A DNA stretch of 64,000 bases from Neophaeotheca triangularis (lineage: Eukaryota): contig BAAIJX010000003.1 in the NCBI GenBank assembly GCA_054600435.1, positions 434,001 to 498,000 of the forward strand, given 5' to 3'. A program made the translations under genes and the position numbers. Under the pieces are notes generated by a model that was not told the origin of the DNA, did no database searches, and saw only the letters and a program-made list of their open reading frames with translations. Of this stretch, positions 35,801-46,916 are shown one piece after another; position 1 is the stretch's first letter, and every line of letters begins with the position of its first letter.

Positions 35801-36131
35801 GCCGCAACCACCCCAGCAAACTCTCAGCGGCCAGCCCGACATCACGGCCATTCTCCGATCCCTGCAAACCAACCCACAGTATTCCCAGCAGCAGCAGCAA
35901 CAAGCACCAGCTCCTCAGATGGGAGGCAATTTTCAGCCCAACAATGTCGGTCTCCAGGATCAAGACAACAACAACAGCAGCAACCGCAAGCGTGCCCGTG
36001 ATCCGGAGCCTGAGGAGGACATTGCTAGGAAGCGTATCAAGAACCCGCTGTACAAGACGCGGCCTTGCAAGCTGTGGAAAGCTGGCGACTGTCGCCATGG
36101 GACGAGGTGCCACTTTTTGCACGAGGATTAG
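32850..36131 (+). CDS. PNUTS/Ppn1-like nuclear protein: TFIIS-N-like helical domain, RVxF-type motif, C-terminal CCCH finger
   Basis: Intronless ORF of ~1090 aa with LEKTHLGKLL (TFIIS-N-like), RRHLHVSFK (PP1-docking-like) and YKTRPCKLWKAGDCRHGTRCHFLH (C-x7-C-x5-C-x3-H). Orthology is inference. Confidence 0.7.
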   Translation: MGDGQRNNPGFGDLFADNNNYEFDNLFATGNEQSLHNDPRWAVNGTQNPSVSRGQPPPTLPGWQQNGSNFSAGTTQSSFNGHFASYGRTTSGSPSPYAQNTFTNYGQQQQQQQQPPYQYNSHHYDPNLTAPAHPHQTYSKANTNNFPDYHIPPYHAATIAPRALEQQVPQGSRPQVSGPPHHNTVTHPVHPAQPAAAAPRPQLSVPIPVDQNALAAAVPQGTNNGPYSIIDYDQLAGPTNTVRMGPYANVGKHIGDWPINRAVLPNYVPRKSRATLKALAGSDKSVIAKLSKHSIKKDRNVAGVSKTARTQLGSYVVNANSPASVQQDEESSSEESSSDDDSLYSSDEEDEASPLPAKKPDSPKDLVVYNTIKALWRGKRKAVEGESIRKGMSDFWNIISEIRDIWKTDSAAATEAIEKKKSSAPTLQGRVKDQRGMLEWAFKTALKHGHRGIIELLGGSPSFPYLCYQFLLDRWKDDKDINSGLSRAILETMSLFTTLTDESLEKTHLGKLLVRFVAAGDAKTKYYANRIRANAAKASKEHASKTDTAKPQTTATKDKESKPTPPIAKPEKPQTTTGVKRAATTADEGNAQKKQATDEAVKTNGSTAAPARPTLKDMKKTVSTGANAQPTSTAATTAGKKVTAKPSGFFSSLQSAGKRPGTSLASKPASSGGTATTGKPAEKKAPPAKPAFSFTETMANLTKPKEEKPAPKAEKEEPPETPEEKAKRLRKESRRHLHVSFKTGEDLVEVRVFDHDPEEELGHDSSQVRDLSDVGGEGRMFKQQHSMMEVDEDEDAGAEKFLEFYTPTLIDFSNVGEDARNSNYAPYGGGVNQPEFKHKAALDEHETSTLMVHYTSNSEIPDNPKEPIEPYSGELPQPVTDFGKPPDELMRRHERITPPQQAAPVQQNGQPGGFDLSALLNNFQNQQQQTTQSQPQAPPNPLGNIQDILANLQKSSTPVQAQQQQSAPPASAPYGNQFPNLQMPPQPPQQTLSGQPDITAILRSLQTNPQYSQQQQQQAPAPQMGGNFQPNNVGLQDQDNNNSSNRKRARDPEPEEDIARKRIKNPLYKTRPCKLWKAGDCRHGTRCHFLHED

Positions 36132-37050
36132 GCGTGGACTGGAAGACGAAAGGGTTTTCGGCGGGAAAGTGAGTGCTTGCATGATCTATACGGTGGGGAG
36201 GGAATTGGCGTTTCTTGTGCGTCGAGCAGTCTTGCTCACAGTATTGCTGATGCCTGCTACTGATGTTGAAATCCCGTCTAAGGATGGGTTTCCGTCGCTC
36301 GTGCAAATGCGTACCTAGGTAGCGTAGCTTACTGGATCTTGCTCGCGACGGGCGAAGATCAAAGTCCAGTTGTCACGGACAGATAATGTGCAATCAAATC
36401 AGTTTAAATCATTTCATGTTTTCATGTCTCACACATTCGTTCTATACACATCTGCTGTATTGGTTCTCTTCCAGGACAAATCACGACCAACATCCACCAC
36501 CTCCGACAGACACGTGATTCAGCCTTGTGCGGAAACATCCCATGCACGGGGAAAACCTAGAATACGCCAACCCTCCCTCGGTCCAAATTATTCGTCAACA
36601 TCAAGCTTCTTTTGCAAACAATAACCTGCCTCTTTTTTCTTCTAGCAGCGATTATTGTCTGTTATACCGCCGGGCGCCCGGTAGGTCGCGGATACACGTA
36701 CGGTAGTCAACGGCTGTCACGCTCGGGGCTCAATGCATCAATGCATCCGAATCTTGGCCGGCATAACTTCATAGGCTGTACTGTGGCAGTGACGGACGAT
36801 AGTAGAAGCAAACGCGTCAAGTACTATACTCTTTCTCCGCTACCTCGTCCCCCTCTCCCTCCCAATCTCTTCTCATATCCCGCCACCTTCAACCAACAGC
36901 ATTCCTCCATGACCATCCCATAGCTACTATTCCTTCAACTCCACAACCGACCATCACCAAGAGAACCACCACCAAGCCAACCAACCCTCTTCCGTCTCGC
37001 CAACCCCATACCCCCGACGCCAGCACTGCACTCCCAACCTCAACAAAACC

Positions 37051-37460
37051 ATGGACTGCGACTGCTGCTTCATCCCACTCTGCATCCAATGCGGCACCAA
37101 CGACAATCCCTGCAAAGTCAAAGTCGTCGGCCCAACCCTAGGGTTCATCACAGCAGTGGTACGAACGAAGCCACCAAGCCCCTCCTGCGCATGAAGAAGA
37201 AGAAGAAGAAGAAAGCACAAATAACTGACACCAACGGCGGGGGAAACTAGTGTATGGCCATCATCTGCTGGCCAGCGGCCATTCTGTGCGGTTGCTGTTT
37301 GACGCAGACGGGCAAGAAGTGAGTTGTTCTTTCCCCTGAGCTTTTCGGTTTTCTTGGGAAGTTTGCTTTGCTGAGACTGTTTTCTTTTTTCCTGTGGTGC
37401 AGTGTTCTGGGGATGCCGGTGGATACTAGTAACGGGATTTCGAATGCGATACCGTTTTGA
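37051..37460 (+). CDS. 77-aa Cys-rich hydrophobic peptide; exons 37051-37158, 37251-37318, 37403-37460
   Basis: AAAACCATG start. Introns GTACGA..CTGAC..TAG and GTGAGT..CTGAG..CAG give an open frame MDCDCCFIPLCIQCGTNDNPCKVKVVGPTLGFITAVCMAIICWPAAILCGCCLTQTGKNVLGMPVDTSNGISNAIPF*. Confidence 0.78.
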
Positions 37461-37985
37461 GGTTTCAGATTTGAGGGGGGGGTTTTGGCCTTGCTGGTGG
37501 AGGAGATCTGTTTCGCGGGGGATATGGAGGTGGTTGTTGGATTAGGCTTCTGATAGGGAGAGAGGGATACAAAGGGCATGGTTCAGGGTATACTGTTGAA
37601 GGACCGATGGGGATGAATGCAGCTGCGCGGTAGCCAGGGAGGCCCGCCACGCATGGAGGACAGGTCATTGGGAGGGCTCCAGGGACGCTGCGAATGTGGC
37701 AGTGCTCTCATGGATCGCGGTCTAGTTTGAAAGGGACGACGTCACCGGCGCCAAGGGAGGTGCATGCTTTCCCTTTCTGGAATAGGCGAGGTGACCTTCA
37801 ACATTGAAACTCAGATCTTTGTTTATGCGTATTTGCAAACACTTCAACTTTTACGACAGCAACACGTCTTACCGCAAATATCAACACCTACGCCTTCTTC
37901 ACAACTGCATTCACTAGGCGCTACTACTACTACTGCCTCCACTACAATTCTTGCTTGCAGGTATAACACCGCCCACCTCAGAGAC

Positions 37986-39294
37986 ATGAGCGCGCCAGAG
38001 CAACCTGACTGCGGAAAGCAACCCTACACCGAAGAGCAACTTCACCGCGAAGAGGCTATTGACCGCTACATCCGGCACAGACTCGGCCTCTCGATGCCAG
38101 GAAGATCCCAATTTGCCATCCACGACGAGAGCACCGATCACGAACGCATCCAATTCGCCATCAGTCCCCTAGGACCCCCATCCACCGCTTCAGCTGTCAT
38201 GAAGGAAGTCGACAAACTCGCCAAGACCGCAGTCCACGAGGACGAAGAGCTCTGGCGCGAGGGACAAGAAGCCATTGAGGCTTTCGATTTCGACACTCCC
38301 GCTGCGCAGCAGGAGACGCGGGGGCTGAATGAGCCTGGTGCCGACGAGAGCGCCAAGGCTGCCACGGTCGCTGCGAAAGGGGTAGAGGGTTCATCCACTG
38401 CTTTGTAGTTTTCACTCATGCTCACCTTTGCATCATCCCAGTCGGCTCCAAGCCCTTCTCCACCATTAAAGCTCAGCACGACTCCTGCCTTCACCGACTC
38501 CACTCCGACCACAAAGTACGAAAACTCGGATTTCTACCACTGCACCGTTGAAAGGCGAGGCTTCTAACAAAAGCAGTGCCAAGAAACCCTTCTCCACCAA
38601 CAAGAACAAAGAGCAAGCGCACGCGAGTCCACTAGGCACCGGCAGCGCCACTCCTCACTTCACGGCCGCCACGCCTGCTATCGAGTACGAGGACAAGCAT
38701 CCCCATCACCACACCAAAGACTACGACAGAGATTTCAACATACCTAGTCCCAAGACGTCCGTGCTCGCCAGCAAGCGCGTTGGTGGAGAGCAGATGCCGG
38801 TCAGCGATGACGAACGAGACGAAGAGCCAGAGGTAAGGGACAGCAGCGCAAGTAATAGACACCAGACTGCGGCAGGCCTAATCGCGCTTCAGCAAAAGCG
38901 AGAGCAGCACAAAAAGCGCAAACGCGAGGGGTTCACGGGCAAAGGCAATACCGGGGCCGACGCGACTGCGGAAGAGCAGGGCGGGGGCGACGGCGGTGGT
39001 CTAGCCGGGCAGGTTGAAGGCGAGGACGTGAACGAGGACACGATCGCGGGGCCTAATGGGGGTGGGGTGGAAGAGGAGGCGCCTCCCGCTGTGGCGGCTC
39101 GCCCCGCTAAGGTGAGGAGAAGCGGGCGCTACGTCGGCAGTAGAGAGGTTACGGGGCTTTTGGGCGAGGGCGAGGGCTCCAAGTCTGCGACCCCTATGGC
39201 TTCCGGTAGGGCCACGAGGAAGAGGACTGCCGAGCAGGAAGCTATGAAGCCGAATGCTGGGGCCGCGGCGCGCAAGAGGCATCAGGGGAAGTAG
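37986..39294 (+). CDS. hypothetical low-complexity protein, probably two introns (~38382-38441, ~38516-38572)
   Basis: Two coding-like ORFs joined through a GTAGAG..CTCAC..CAG intron and a GTACGA..CTAAC..AAG intron. Basic NLS-like HKKRKR; no family recognised. Confidence 0.55.
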
Positions 39295-40782
39295 GGTGGT
39301 CGGTGGCATGTGTGTGTGTTGGTGTGCTCTTGAGCTGAAGAGAGCTAGCGATGCCGGAGTTCTTTAGGTTCGCGCGTGGAGCGCTTATCCCTTTTGCCAT
39401 GTCGCGCGAGGTGTCGGATGCAGGTCCGAAATGTATACCTTCCCGAGGCTTTGAGAGCTCTCTTCACATTCCTTGGTCAGCTAGTCGCGTGTACTTGCAG
39501 TTTTTATGGAGAGATCTCGCTTGCTGTTGTACCTGAGTGCCAATTCAGTAGAGAGCTGCAAGGCCATTGAGTCAAGTGTTGGGCGTAAGGAGAGACATAA
39601 TCTAGGTAAATCAGAGCGACTTCGATTCGCGCGGTACTTCCGACCTGGCCTCCTGGCGCGGAGCATGGGCTTGAATCAATCGCTTCGCAGCAGTCAGATT
39701 CAGCTTTGAAAACGAAGCATTGCATTCGAAGTTCGCATGCAGGTGATGCTCCTATACGAGGATCTAAGAACGGCCCGGGGACGGGGCCAAAGTAGGCTTA
39801 GTAGACGGCCACAAGATGTCAACGCTCCTAGAGGCCATGCATATCTTCATCGCGGCTCAAGGCCCCCGGCATCGTATCGGGTGCTTGTATTCCAAGCTTC
39901 GCAGCAACGAGCTTTATCGTATTGCTAGTCCGGAATAACACGAGACAAGAGATCCAACAATGAACGCGCTGAAACGGGCGGAGAGTCAGGCCGGAGACTT
40001 GCAAGCAAGTGTGAGTTTCTACGGGGTCCCGAGTAACTCCAGTAGAAGCATCTTCAGCCGATTGGGCCAGTCCCCTGCAGAGATGCAGGCCGAGTGTCGA
40101 CGAATAGGCATCGTCAGAACGTCACCCAGTCATACACACCTGACGGACTGTATGTTGCGATGTGGAAGCTTGTAGGGTCAACCAAAGATGGACAATGGAC
40201 AATGGACTGTAGTAGTGGAGACGGACGAGGTGAGGTCGGACAATTGATCCCGCTCCCGGCGTCCCGATGCAGCAAGCACAGATCTCTACCGAACTCTCGA
40301 ATAGGTGACGGCGACAAACAGGTACGATGAGCTTTCGTTAGGCACACAAGCTTCACCTTGGTCCGCGTCGTCTCCGTCGGACGTTGGTTTCAACTGTGGT
40401 AACATGTCTAGTGCCATGGGGAGCCGGTGCTCGACATTCGACGATTCCCTATCTTGGAACAGCGAAAGGCCGCGAGCCAGCCTTTTCCGGTCTTCAAGGT
40501 TCTTGCAGACGTAGCCAACCGCGCCACCAACAACTCTTTTCTATGAGTATCGCCTGATTAAGACCCGAAACAGTGCATGCCAATCGTGCATGTCGGTCTT
40601 GGGCGTCTTGGTATCCCGGGTATGCTTTTGTATACAAAGGGTGCGAGAGTAAGGTCAAGGTAGCTCTTTCGTCTCTTCTTGTCGTCTACCCTTCATAACA
40701 AGCAACATCCCTTCGCCCTGCACTTGACCACAGTAACTCCAACAGACCAGCATACTCGAGGAACAAAGACAACACCGCAGTC

Positions 40783-41271
40783 ATGCCTACTACCACAGTC
40801 ACAACCACCATCGACAGCAGCATCGACCACCAGGTCCTCCTGGCCATCATGCACAACCACGAGACCATGATCGATGCTCTCGCTCCCGGCAACAGCGCCC
40901 GCGAGCTCGTTTCGGGCGACCCAGCAGGCAACGGCCCGGTTGTCTACTCAGTCACCGCGCCGACTCCCATCGGCACGAACATGACCTACCCCTTGACTCT
41001 CACCAACAAGCCCGACGGCGTTGACTCTGTCGTCGAGCCCAGGCCGCCAATGGGTCAGCTGAAGATCACCGCTCAATGGAGGATCAAGGGCGACAAGCTA
41101 CAAGAGGACGTTGAGATCGAGGGCAACTTTCTGACCAAGAAGTGAGTGTCGATTCGCATTCGTACGTTGAGAAGACAATCTCTAACATGTACACGCAGGG
41201 TCGCAAAGGGCAACGTCGAGAAGAATCACCCCGAGCAGCACCAGACGCTCCTGAAGCAAGCTGCCGCTTAG
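40783..41271 (+). CDS. small fungal DUF7053-like (START/SRPBCC-like) protein; intron 41142-41198
   Basis: LAIMHNH--MI, T-K-DGV-S-V--P-G, W-I..L-EDV pattern. GTGAGT..CTAAC..CAG intron continues to ..KGNVEKNH..AA*. Confidence 0.7.
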
Positions 41272-41657
41272 ATGTGATTTCTATCTTGTTGTCGCTGGCT
41301 CAGAACCGTTTGGGAGTTTGGGAGATACCATGAGGCATTTTTAGCAGGGAAGAAACTTTACGTTGGCTTTTTATCAGAGTACGCTCTGCCTTTGTACGAG
41401 GAGATGATGATGATGGCAGAAAGGGAACTGAATGCCGCTCATATAACACTGCGTATGTCTTTCAATTGTTTGTGTGGTCAACAGACTTTCTCGTCGCGAT
41501 TGAAGCAACAGCTCCCCCGGACCGAGGTTGAGACAAACGAACGCCGAAGTCGGTGGGGAGCAATCGAATTGCGATTGTGACGAGACGGTAGTAGGTATGA
41601 GCAAACCACTCTTCCTGCAAACATACTGTACCCATATCACCCTACGTTTTACCCACA

Positions 41658-42767
41658 ATGGCCGGCAGCAGTACTTTCACCTGGCGACACAACCTAACCA
41701 CCGACTCGCAAGTCTCGCCCTTCCACTCTCCCATCCCCTCCACCCACCAAGCCTTTAAAGATGCCAAACCCGTATCCTGGCGACGCCTAAATGTAGGCGG
41801 CATCCTAGCAACTGTCTACGGCATCCAAGAGCTGCCGTCAGACACCAGCGAAATCGCCTGCCTATGGCTCCTCCACGGCAGAGGCGACACGCAAGACAGC
41901 ATGAGCTTCACCGCAGCCGCCATGCTGGAAGCCTGGAACAAGAAGCGCAAACCCGGCGACAAGAGCCTGGTCTGCGTGTGCTTCGACCAGCGCAACCACG
42001 GCTCGCGGATGGTTGACAACCTCGCTTCTGTGAGCTGGAAACAGGGCAACCCGACTCACGGCCCGGATATGTGGACGCTGTACACGGGCACTGCGCAGGA
42101 TGTCTCGTTCTTGATCACAAACTTGCCCGCCTACCTGCCTTTCTCCTTTAGCCAACACATTTGTTGCGGCGTTAGTCTAGGAGGCCACGCGACCTGGCAC
42201 TGCCTCATGCACGACTCGCGTGTAAGCGCTGGTATCGTCGTCATTGGGTGTCCCGATTACACTCGTCTCATGACTGACCGTGCTATCCGGAGTAAGCTGG
42301 ATTCGTGTACGAATAGCGATCCTCCCGGGCGAGACTTTGTCGGCTCGAAGGATTTTCCGCCTACACTGGTCAGAGCGATCGAGCAATATGACCCCGCTGG
42401 GCTGCTGCTGGGAGAGCTGGATACGGTGACCGGAGACGATCATTTGCACGAGCCGTCGGACGCAGAGAAGAGGAGACTGAGGCCTCTTCTGCAAGAGAAG
42501 TTGGGTGGGAAGCGGATTATCTGCCTCTCCGGCGGCAAGGATAGACTGGTTCCGTATGCCCAAGGCAAGCCTTTTCTCGATTGGTTGGGCAGGGCGACTG
42601 ATAAGAATACCGGTTGGTTCAAAGATCAGGGGACTGAGTTGGTCGACTTCCTTGACGAGACCGGCAACCACGAATTCACGGCTCCCATGAGGAGTGAGGC
42701 TGAGAAGTGGCTTTGCGACTTGCTGAGCGAAGGGCACAGGAGCGAGGACGTCGCTAGTAAGCTGTGA
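41658..42767 (+). CDS. alpha/beta-hydrolase fold protein
   Basis: LLHGRG, FDQRNHGSR, nucleophile elbow GVSLGG, LSGGKD-LVP and GNHE. Confidence 0.88.
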   Translation: MAGSSTFTWRHNLTTDSQVSPFHSPIPSTHQAFKDAKPVSWRRLNVGGILATVYGIQELPSDTSEIACLWLLHGRGDTQDSMSFTAAAMLEAWNKKRKPGDKSLVCVCFDQRNHGSRMVDNLASVSWKQGNPTHGPDMWTLYTGTAQDVSFLITNLPAYLPFSFSQHICCGVSLGGHATWHCLMHDSRVSAGIVVIGCPDYTRLMTDRAIRSKLDSCTNSDPPGRDFVGSKDFPPTLVRAIEQYDPAGLLLGELDTVTGDDHLHEPSDAEKRRLRPLLQEKLGGKRIICLSGGKDRLVPYAQGKPFLDWLGRATDKNTGWFKDQGTELVDFLDETGNHEFTAPMRSEAEKWLCDLLSEGHRSEDVASKL

Positions 42768-43096
42768 TAAGCTTAGCCACGTTCACTTTCCTCAAGGTCG
42801 GAGTGCCGAGCTCCAGAATCCTTTGGCCCTGCTACTGGCTGAGCAATTCCTCTATCCATCGGTAACGCCACCGTTCAATCTTAACGCATCCTGTTGCTAC
42901 CTGACGAGCTGTGTCAAAGATGGAATATACTGTGCGTCACTCACAAACTGTATTCTTCCGACAGTCAGAGTCTGTGAGTAGTACGAAATTCACTGGGAGA
43001 CGTCTGCAGCACCAAAGGCTTGAACCTAACGAGTACTTGATTACGCTGTAGCAATACGAAGTCACACTTACAACCTAGGATGCACACTACAACACC

Positions 43097-45092
43097 TCAC
43101 GCATTCGGCTCGAATCCAATGTTAGCAAGCCCCTCCACATAGCTGTCCTCACCCGTCGCCCTCGCTCTCGCCATAGCCGCAGTAAGCACACTAGCATACG
43201 ACCAAGTCAAGTCAGCCGCGCCCACGGCAAATCCGTAGTCCCGGTCATACTCCTCAGCCAGACGTCCATCAGCTGGCGCGTGGTATTGGATACGGCGCAT
43301 AAAGGCATCGCCCCAGCCGTTCATACCCTCGAGAATCCGGTCGAACTTGCCATGCTGGGCATTGTAAGTCTCGCCAACTCGGGCATCAGCGTCGGGAGCA
43401 AAGTAAGCGAAAACGGGCTGCGAGACATCGGTGACTGTGATGGAGCCCGCGGCATTATATTCGGCCGTCGCGCTGTAGAGGAACTGCGCCATGGCCGCTG
43501 TAGTCAGGTACCAAGGGTTTCCGCCGTTTTCCTCAGTTCCCACGCCATTGTACACATCTTCCGGATACCTGCCCACGGGGATGCCTATGGTTGCTCCAGC
43601 CTCGTTCTGTGTCGTCCCCGCTATTGGGTAGACGTCCAGGAAGGAGGTGGAAATCCGCAGCGCCGACGACATGATCCTGTCGTTGGTGTAGCTGTACACA
43701 CCGTCTCCCGCGTAGCCATGGATGACCGCGAGGACGACGGCGATGTCTAGGTAGCTTGACTTCTCCCTCAGCACGGGACCGTACTCGTAGAGAATGATCT
43801 TCCGGTTTGGATCCCAGAACTGGTCGAGGGTAGCGGTAATGGCGTCGGCTTCGGCAGAGAGCGTAGCAGCGGTCTCGGAATCCCCCATTTGGGTTGCAAA
43901 ATCGGCTCCCGTGACCATGGCTCGGCGCTGCACCATGCGATTGTAGAAGTGGTCGCCTTGTACTTCCTCCCAGATGTCGAAGGATGAAGTCCGCCAGTTG
44001 TTGGCCACGAACAGCAGGTCCTTCTTCACAGGGGCCGATCCAGGGTAGCTCGTGGAGTCGTAGACACGCTCTCTGACCGTGTCGGCACTGCCGCCGTCAG
44101 CGAGGTAGGCGTTTGCAAACTCCATGAGCGTGACGGCCGCCGTCGCGGGACCGTCGTTTTGCGGCCTGCCCCACGGCTGGGTAAAGGCCGTGTTGTTGAG
44201 ATAGAACTTTGGCTCGCCGAGCCCCGTGATCAGATCATCGGCGTTTTGCTCAGTAGCTCTGGATTGCGAGTACTCGAACAGCACGTCTTCGTAAGCCGTC
44301 TTGGCGTCGCTGCTGGTGGCGGCGGCGTACAGCATCTCGACGACTTCCATTGTCAAGCTCGCGTCGCGGACCCAGCAGTATTCGTAGTCTGGGGTTTTTT
44401 GGTCGTACGAGGGCCCGCTGCGTGCGGCGACGACGGTCCCGAGATCCGCGCCGCCGATGGCGGGGTTGATGTTCACGAACATTTTCGCCAGGGAGAGATC
44501 GGCTTGGCTGGGGCTACTCGTAGGAATTGGGTGATGTCGTCTGCGAAACCGGAGGGGGAGGCGTAGGGGGCGGGTGGGGAGGGGAGGGATGGCTCGGGTG
44601 CTCCGCTCGCTTCTACTTGGAAGCCTAGCTGCTCGCTGTAGGTCTGTCCGATGTCGACGGCGCGGTAGGTGATGTTGAGGAGTTCGGTGATGCCGTCGAT
44701 GTAGATGGGCGTGCTTGAGCCCCAGAGTTCCCAGGTATTGTCGTCGCCGATGCTGGAGCGATAGTTTAAGCCAACGACTGACAGCGGCGTGCTTTCGTCT
44801 TGTCTGTTGGTGTAGTAGAGGTTCACGGCCTTGTTGTAATTGACGTTGGCGATGTAGGCCTGAAATCGGGGCGGGCGAATTAGCATTGAATCAGTAGTTC
44901 CTACGATAGATGGCTCATCCGTAGACCCACGGTAACGTCGAGTGAGCCACCGCAGTAGCTGTAGCTACCCAGTGCCACTTGCGACCCATCGTTCGGGGTC
45001 GAATCTCGAAGGGTAGTCGTCTGGCAAGCTTGACCACTGACAAGCCCAGGTAGGGCCAAACCACCAGCCAGCGAACCAGTAAGACCTCGCAT
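43097..45092 (-). CDS. secreted glucoamylase (GH15) with N-terminal CBM21-like domain; intron 44930-44860; apparent frameshift near 44510
   Basis: Signal peptide MRGLTGSLAGGLALPGLVSG, YIANVNY-K-V..WELW, then GH15 motifs WVRDA, LGEPKF, WGRPQNDGPA, DIWEE, GRYPED-Y, GNPWYL and LTWSYA. The two halves are out of frame. Confidence 0.85.
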
Positions 45093-46916
45093 GGTGATGT
45101 TCAGGGAGTCGTACAAAGCTCCGGGACCGAGGAAGACTTGAGACACGGCCAGAAACAGAGGTGCGAGGAATGAAGTCGCGAATGGCATTCGGGCGAGTAG
45201 TTGTAGATATGTCCTATATACTTTTGGTTATTAGGTTGACCAATGATCTCAGGAGTTTCCACTCTGTCGTGTGATGAGTCTGATACCCCCGTAGCGGTGC
45301 TTCCCGGGAGGAGGGTCAGGTCCGTCACATGTGCAAACCTTGGAAGCTTCGAGGGAGCAGCTTCGACGGCCCGCTTGTTTTCCCTCTACCTAGTATTGTC
45401 AACTACGACCAGCGAGGTGAGCTTGATGATTAGTAGTTGGCGAATGAGAGCGGAAATGAGAGCTGCTCGTTCAAGCTTGTTGACCGTCTTGTTAGGAGTT
45501 TATCGTTATTAGGCCTTGCAGGCTATAGGTAGAGCAGCGCAAGTACCGACGAACACTGCTTGGATGTCGTTTGTAGTCCACCTCAACGACACATCGGTTT
45601 AGTGACGCTGAGGACGAGGACGGGGCACCTTGTAACTCCCAGCGAGGCGGTGATCAACAATTTTCGAAGCTGCAGTGCCTTGACTCTATGCCACAAAATG
45701 CACACGCGTGGACTTCTCTCTGTCAAGTGTCCTCGTCGTTCTCACCTACAAACATGCCCGGCCGTGATGCGTAGCAAACCCTGCATCCCTGGGTGCGTCT
45801 TCGTCTTATTACCGTTCCTAGAAATACTACACGTTGACGGTCGCATCGACGCGTGCCTTCCTAAACCCCTCTAGCGTGGAATAAGCGAGAAACGCCAACG
45901 GTCTCCAACCTCTTCGTTCCCACTTGCTTGAAAGCGGGACGGACGTTATCCCCTTGTCTCTTTCAACCACCCTGTCCTATCTCCAGCTACAACAATTCAC
46001 AAACTTGAAGCTGAAACCCTTATCGTCGATGCACATGACAGCCGTGCTAGTAATGCCACACTGGATCTAAGCAGCGAAGCGAAGAGGGACAAACGGCCTC
46101 AGCTGGCTCTGGCAACGCTTTCCTTCATGGATGGGTACTTGGTCCTGTTCGGTCACGTCGGAAGTAGAAGTCTGTCCGGCCTGGGCTGTCGTGAGTCGTT
46201 CTTTGGACTTCGTCGGTTTCCTTTCCCACTCCGTGCTGGTACTTCTCGCTAAACGCTCTCGTCTGTTGTCTTCAACGTCTGACGTTGAGGTGGCTGCTTC
46301 AGCTAGGTAGTGCAGTGTACTCGAGCGAGCGAGAAGTTGAACAACAGAGTCGATCGGTCGGGTTGGCTAACAAGGCGGCATTGGTGCAGATCCGACGCTT
46401 GGGTTTGCGGTAGTACTTGGCATGGTTTACAGTATTCTTCGGCTTGATAAGACACTATGGTGGTGTTGCCGCTGGCGTGGCTCACGGGATGCACAATAGA
46501 TTTACGAGCATACTTAGCTAACATGAGGCAGTGAAAAGCCCTGGTCGACAATATGAAAGCATCATATCCCTGGACAAGTGATAGCAGTACCTCAGTGGGC
46601 AAAGACTCCACGTCCACCTTTCCCCAAGTCCTTCCTCCAACCTTTCTCTCCCTTTTAAATCGACGCTAACATGTGGCATTTGGAGTTTTGCGCCTGACAA
46701 GATGGATACGCATTCGACTGAACTATCTACTCAGGCCTATGAAAGCCCAATCTAAGATGTCCCGACCTGTGGTCAACGCCGCGCATGCAACCCTCCATCT
46801 CCAGAAACTTTGATGATCGCGTTGGTGTACGCGGCAACATCGCAGTCAAGCAGTCCCGAAGCCCTGCCAAACCACAATAAGCGGGTGGTGCATTTACCAG
46901 GAAGACAGGCCGAAGC

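Noticed and set aside
46100..46700. 104-aa minus ORF and flanking frames
   Set aside because: Non-ATG start, no motif, and lies in the 3' flank of the CCHC gene.
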